Positions 11,323 to 14,313 of a stretch of 14,313 nt of DNA are shown piece by piece. This DNA comes from an archaeon (GTDB lineage Archaea; Iainarchaeota; Iainarchaeia; Iainarchaeales; CSSED10-239): the NCBI GenBank assembly GCA_035387745.1, contig DAOOON010000005.1:1-14313 (forward strand), given 5' to 3'. The position numbers and the translations under genes were made by a program. Every line of letters begins with the position of its first letter. Positions within the stretch are counted from its first letter, which is position 1. The notes beneath the pieces are model-generated. The model worked only from the letters and a program-made list of their open reading frames with translations, made no database searches and had not been told where the DNA came from.

Positions 11323-14313
11323 ATGAACGAATCAATTAAAAGAGTTTGGATTTTTTTCTTTTTAATACTTTTCTGCAATAGTGTATTTGCTTATGGATAT
11401 AATCCGGATAACAGCTATTATTTTGCAGAAAAAGAAATAAGTTCTGATGGCGTTGTCTTTGATAGAGGCAATGGCTGTATGACTAAAGAGTTATCAGAAA
11501 AAGAAGTTAATGCTCTTTGGGGAGAAATATTAACAAAGGGATTCTCTGCAGATCTTTTAGATTCAGATCAAGAAGCAAACACTAACAGAGAAAATCTAGA
11601 TAAAAATAATTTGATTGTTGCAGATGCTGATGCTAAATCAGGAGATGTTGGTGCAAAGATGCAAGTTCCCTCTCAACAAATCAACCCTCTTGAAGTTCCA
11701 ATGTTAATAGGTAAAACCTGTTATGGGTCTTATGATTTTGGACTTAATTTAAATGAAACATTAAGAGTTGGCAGATGTGATCTTGATAGTAATACAAGCG
11801 ATTGTTATCTTAGTATGCCTGGGCAATACAGACAAAACAATTTAAGTGCTTCAAATGTTGGAGGATTCTTTAAAGAAGTAAAAGTTGTAGGAAAAGATTT
11901 AATTTCTGGAATTAAAGAAACAGTAATAAAAAATGAAGAAGATGAAATTCCTGGTAAAGAAAATATGGGGCCATTTTCTGATTTATCTTCACGGGAGTTA
12001 AGTAAAATAGAACAGACCATGCTAGCAAACGATGCAAATACAATAAATACAGAAACCTGGGATGCTGTAAGTGATGAAGTTCTAGTAAATAGTTCTTTAA
12101 CTCAAAATTTTGCAGCAACAATGCAAACTACCTGTAGTGGAGAAAATTGTTATATTAACACTTATTCTTTATTTGACAAAATGTTTAATCAATATTTTTC
12201 TGCAGATATGGTTTACAGTTCTGTATCTCCATTTTTATTTAATGGTGCCGCAAGGATATTTAATGTTCCAGGAGTTAAAAATGCAGTCTTAAAACCAATA
12301 AATACTTTAAAAGATAAAGGGCTAATAAAAGACGGCGGTTTTTTAGATACTCTAACTAAAGATCCAGCATTATTTGTTAAAGACCCTTTTGGAAGAATTA
12401 GTCAATCAATAAAAGCAAGCAAATATGCAAACGCTGACGTAGATAGATTCGTAGAATTTAATCTGGCGCACAATGAAATAATGGGAAGAGACATAGCTCA
12501 CTACAATATGAAAGGATTTACAGATAATATGTTTGATTCGGTACAAGATGGTATTGGAGCAACAAGTAAATTTAATAAAGAAATGATTTTAGATGGTACT
12601 AAAAACTTAAGTGCAGCACAAAGACGCGTAGCAACAGATGTAGCTCAGGAATATGCAGATAAACTATATTCTTCTAGCGCATTATTAAAATCAAAACTTG
12701 CAAATCCCATAACTAGTGATGCAATAAACATCTATAAAAAAGGTATTGCAAATGGAGCAAATATAAATGAAATATTAAGCAATTTAACTGAAGAACAATA
12801 TAAAGCATTAGATGATTATGTATATACGGCTACAAAGCTTTCTAAAAGTTTAGAAATTGCAATGGATGGAAAATTTAAATGGAAAGATTCTCTATTTGAC
12901 ACTGCAACAATAAATAATAAAGTTGCAAAAGTATATGATAATGGTGTAGAAAGGGAAATCAAAATTGAAAATTATAAATCATTAGATGGCGGATCAAATG
13001 CTTTGTATAAAAAAGAAATTTTACAAGATGGTTCAGTAAAGATAGATACTAAGGTTTATGGTGATGAATTCAAATTATTTGAATATGATAGAGTAAATCA
13101 AGTCTCTCAAATAAAGGGTGCTGGTAAATCTGTTGTAACAGAAAATATGAAAGTTCCACTTGCTGGTGGGGAAGTTAATAGACAACGACTAAAGGCGGTG
13201 TATAAAGATTTAGACAAGTCTGGAGCAATAAAAATAAATGATGCGGCCGGATTAACACCATTTCAAAAAAACACTACTGCTTTTGTTTCTTTTACAGATT
13301 CGGTTTCTGGACCTCAAACTATATCCATTCATGATTATTTTACTAATTCATACACCCCTTTGCCTGGAACTATAGAACTATATCCAAAAGGCTATAATAC
13401 AATATTAATAGATGATGTAGAAATTTTTGATACAGTGCTGGGAAAAAAAGTAAAAATAAAAGATGCAATTAATCCAAACACCGGAAAACCATATGGCCCA
13501 GGGTATTTTGATTTAGATCCTTTAGAAGTAGCGGCTCCAGTTCTTATTCCTCCGTCTTCCGGAAGTACGGTTGTAAAAAAAATAGACGATACCGCAAATC
13601 GTTTTAGTGACGTCTTAAAAACAATGAGTCATAAAGAATGGGTTTCTGGTAAAGGAAGAGACGCAATTAATCAGTTAATGAGAAATTATAATGGTGGATC
13701 CTATCAAAGGTTTTTAACACAAAATCTATTAGTTTTTGGACTTAATTTTGCATACTGGGAAGTTAAATCTGGTGGTGCAACAATATTTGGAGATACAATT
13801 GGAATGACTAGATGGTCAATGTATCAATTACCTGAAACTTATACTGCTTTAAAAATTAAGCACAAAGAAAACGGAGAGATTTATAAAGACGCATATTTAG
13901 ATTTCTTTGCTAATACTGGTTCAGATCAAGGAGATCTTTTCATGAAATATTTAAATTCTATGTTATTTTGGTCTGTTAATGTAACCTCAAAAGTAGTTGA
14001 AGGTGTAGGTGCCGATTGGTCTACTTCTGTTGTTGATTTCCTAAATGCACGATTACAAGGCCAAATTAGAAGATCAGAAACAGACGATATAGTATTAATT
14101 ACAAATAATATTTCTTCAGGTTGTAACAATCAATTTTGTAATTTTACAATCGGCGCAAACTATATTGATCAAAACACAATGAACGCATCTTTATCTGCTA
14201 TAGAGCTAGAAGAATTAGAAAAAGAAAATAAAGATGCCAAAGAAAATACAGAAGATGCAGATGCCAAAGAAAATACAGAAGATGCAGATGCCAAAGAAAA
14301 TACAGAAGATGCA
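11323..14313 (+). CDS. Giant secreted protein of unknown function, 3' end truncated by the window (at least 997 codons)
   Basis: Not in the supplied ORF track because it has no stop in the window. My codon-by-codon translation from ATG 11323 (AAGGTG at 11309-11314, 8 nt upstream) found no stop through base 14313. The N-terminus MNESIKRVWIFFFLILFCNSVFA|YGYNP is a typical Sec signal peptide. No later TM segment was seen. 8 Cys lie in close pairs around a ~660 aa Cys-free core. The visible end is a DAKENTEDA tandem repeat. Confidence 0.85.
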   Translation, partial: MNESIKRVWIFFFLILFCNSVFAYGYNPDNSYYFAEKEISSDGVVFDRGNGCMTKELSEKEVNALWGEILTKGFSADLLDSDQEANTNRENLDKNNLIVADADAKSGDVGAKMQVPSQQINPLEVPMLIGKTCYGSYDFGLNLNETLRVGRCDLDSNTSDCYLSMPGQYRQNNLSASNVGGFFKEVKVVGKDLISGIKETVIKNEEDEIPGKENMGPFSDLSSRELSKIEQTMLANDANTINTETWDAVSDEVLVNSSLTQNFAATMQTTCSGENCYINTYSLFDKMFNQYFSADMVYSSVSPFLFNGAARIFNVPGVKNAVLKPINTLKDKGLIKDGGFLDTLTKDPALFVKDPFGRISQSIKASKYANADVDRFVEFNLAHNEIMGRDIAHYNMKGFTDNMFDSVQDGIGATSKFNKEMILDGTKNLSAAQRRVATDVAQEYADKLYSSSALLKSKLANPITSDAINIYKKGIANGANINEILSNLTEEQYKALDDYVYTATKLSKSLEIAMDGKFKWKDSLFDTATINNKVAKVYDNGVEREIKIENYKSLDGGSNALYKKEILQDGSVKIDTKVYGDEFKLFEYDRVNQVSQIKGAGKSVVTENMKVPLAGGEVNRQRLKAVYKDLDKSGAIKINDAAGLTPFQKNTTAFVSFTDSVSGPQTISIHDYFTNSYTPLPGTIELYPKGYNTILIDDVEIFDTVLGKKVKIKDAINPNTGKPYGPGYFDLDPLEVAAPVLIPPSSGSTVVKKIDDTANRFSDVLKTMSHKEWVSGKGRDAINQLMRNYNGGSYQRFLTQNLLVFGLNFAYWEVKSGGATIFGDTIGMTRWSMYQLPETYTALKIKHKENGEIYKDAYLDFFANTGSDQGDLFMKYLNSMLFWSVNVTSKVVEGVGADWSTSVVDFLNARLQGQIRRSETDDIVLITNNISSGCNNQFCNFTIGANYIDQNTMNASLSAIELEELEKENKDAKENTEDADAKENTEDADAKENTEDA
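14233..14313 (+). repeat. Perfect 27-bp tandem repeat, at least 3 copies (gatgccaaagaaaatacagaagatgca), in frame and encoding DAKENTEDA
   Basis: Units at 14233-14259, 14260-14286 and 14287-14313 are identical base for base. The array runs off the window edge, so the copy number is unknown. Confidence 0.95.

Noticed and set aside
11805-14129. Track ORFs 11805-12020 (-), 11912-12121 (-), 12110-12292 (+, TTG start) and 13926-14129 (-)
   Set aside because: All are embedded in the 997-codon open frame starting at 11323 and are short off-frame or antisense shadows.
1-14313. Search for CRISPR arrays, tRNA/rRNA genes, transposase or integrase genes and terminal inverted repeats
   Set aside because: The only regularly spaced direct repeats are the 27-bp coding array at the 3' edge. 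There are no GC-rich structured segments typical of tRNA or rRNA in this AT-rich DNA, and no recognisable mobile-element ORFs.

Overview
Visibly AT-rich, gene-dense fragment that reads as archaeal, possibly from a small-genome DPANN-like lineage (inference only). Supporting signs are GGAGG/GGTGA ribosome-binding sites, [KR]-[GA]|Q class III signal peptides, a FlaJ/TadC-like platform protein, a Pyrococcus-type mono-cluster ferredoxin and an endonuclease IV. Layout: (1) 109-904, two small orphan genes, a zinc-ribbon protein and a Cys-rich membrane-anchored protein. (2) 907-1967, minus strand, a translationally coupled ferredoxin-endonuclease IV pair. (3) 2075-9918, an ~8 kb same-strand type IV pilus-like locus. 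It holds an oversized two-domain T2SSF/FlaJ-like platform protein, six ORFs with prepilin-like or pilin-like N-termini, a membrane-tethered paralog of one of them, a further N-terminally anchored protein and a small polytopic membrane protein. No secretion ATPase or prepilin peptidase is visible in the window. (4) 9940-10674, minus strand, a K/E-rich low-complexity protein with an acidic tail. (5) 10774-11310, a polytopic membrane protein, followed by an ORF missing from the supplied track. That ORF starts at 11323 and stays open for 997 codons to the window edge. It has a Sec signal peptide, no domain I recognise, and ends in perfect 27-bp tandem repeats. No rRNA, tRNA, CRISPR array or mobile element was seen. 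The pilin-like globular domains and the giant protein are orphans by eye, and all functional calls on them are inference.
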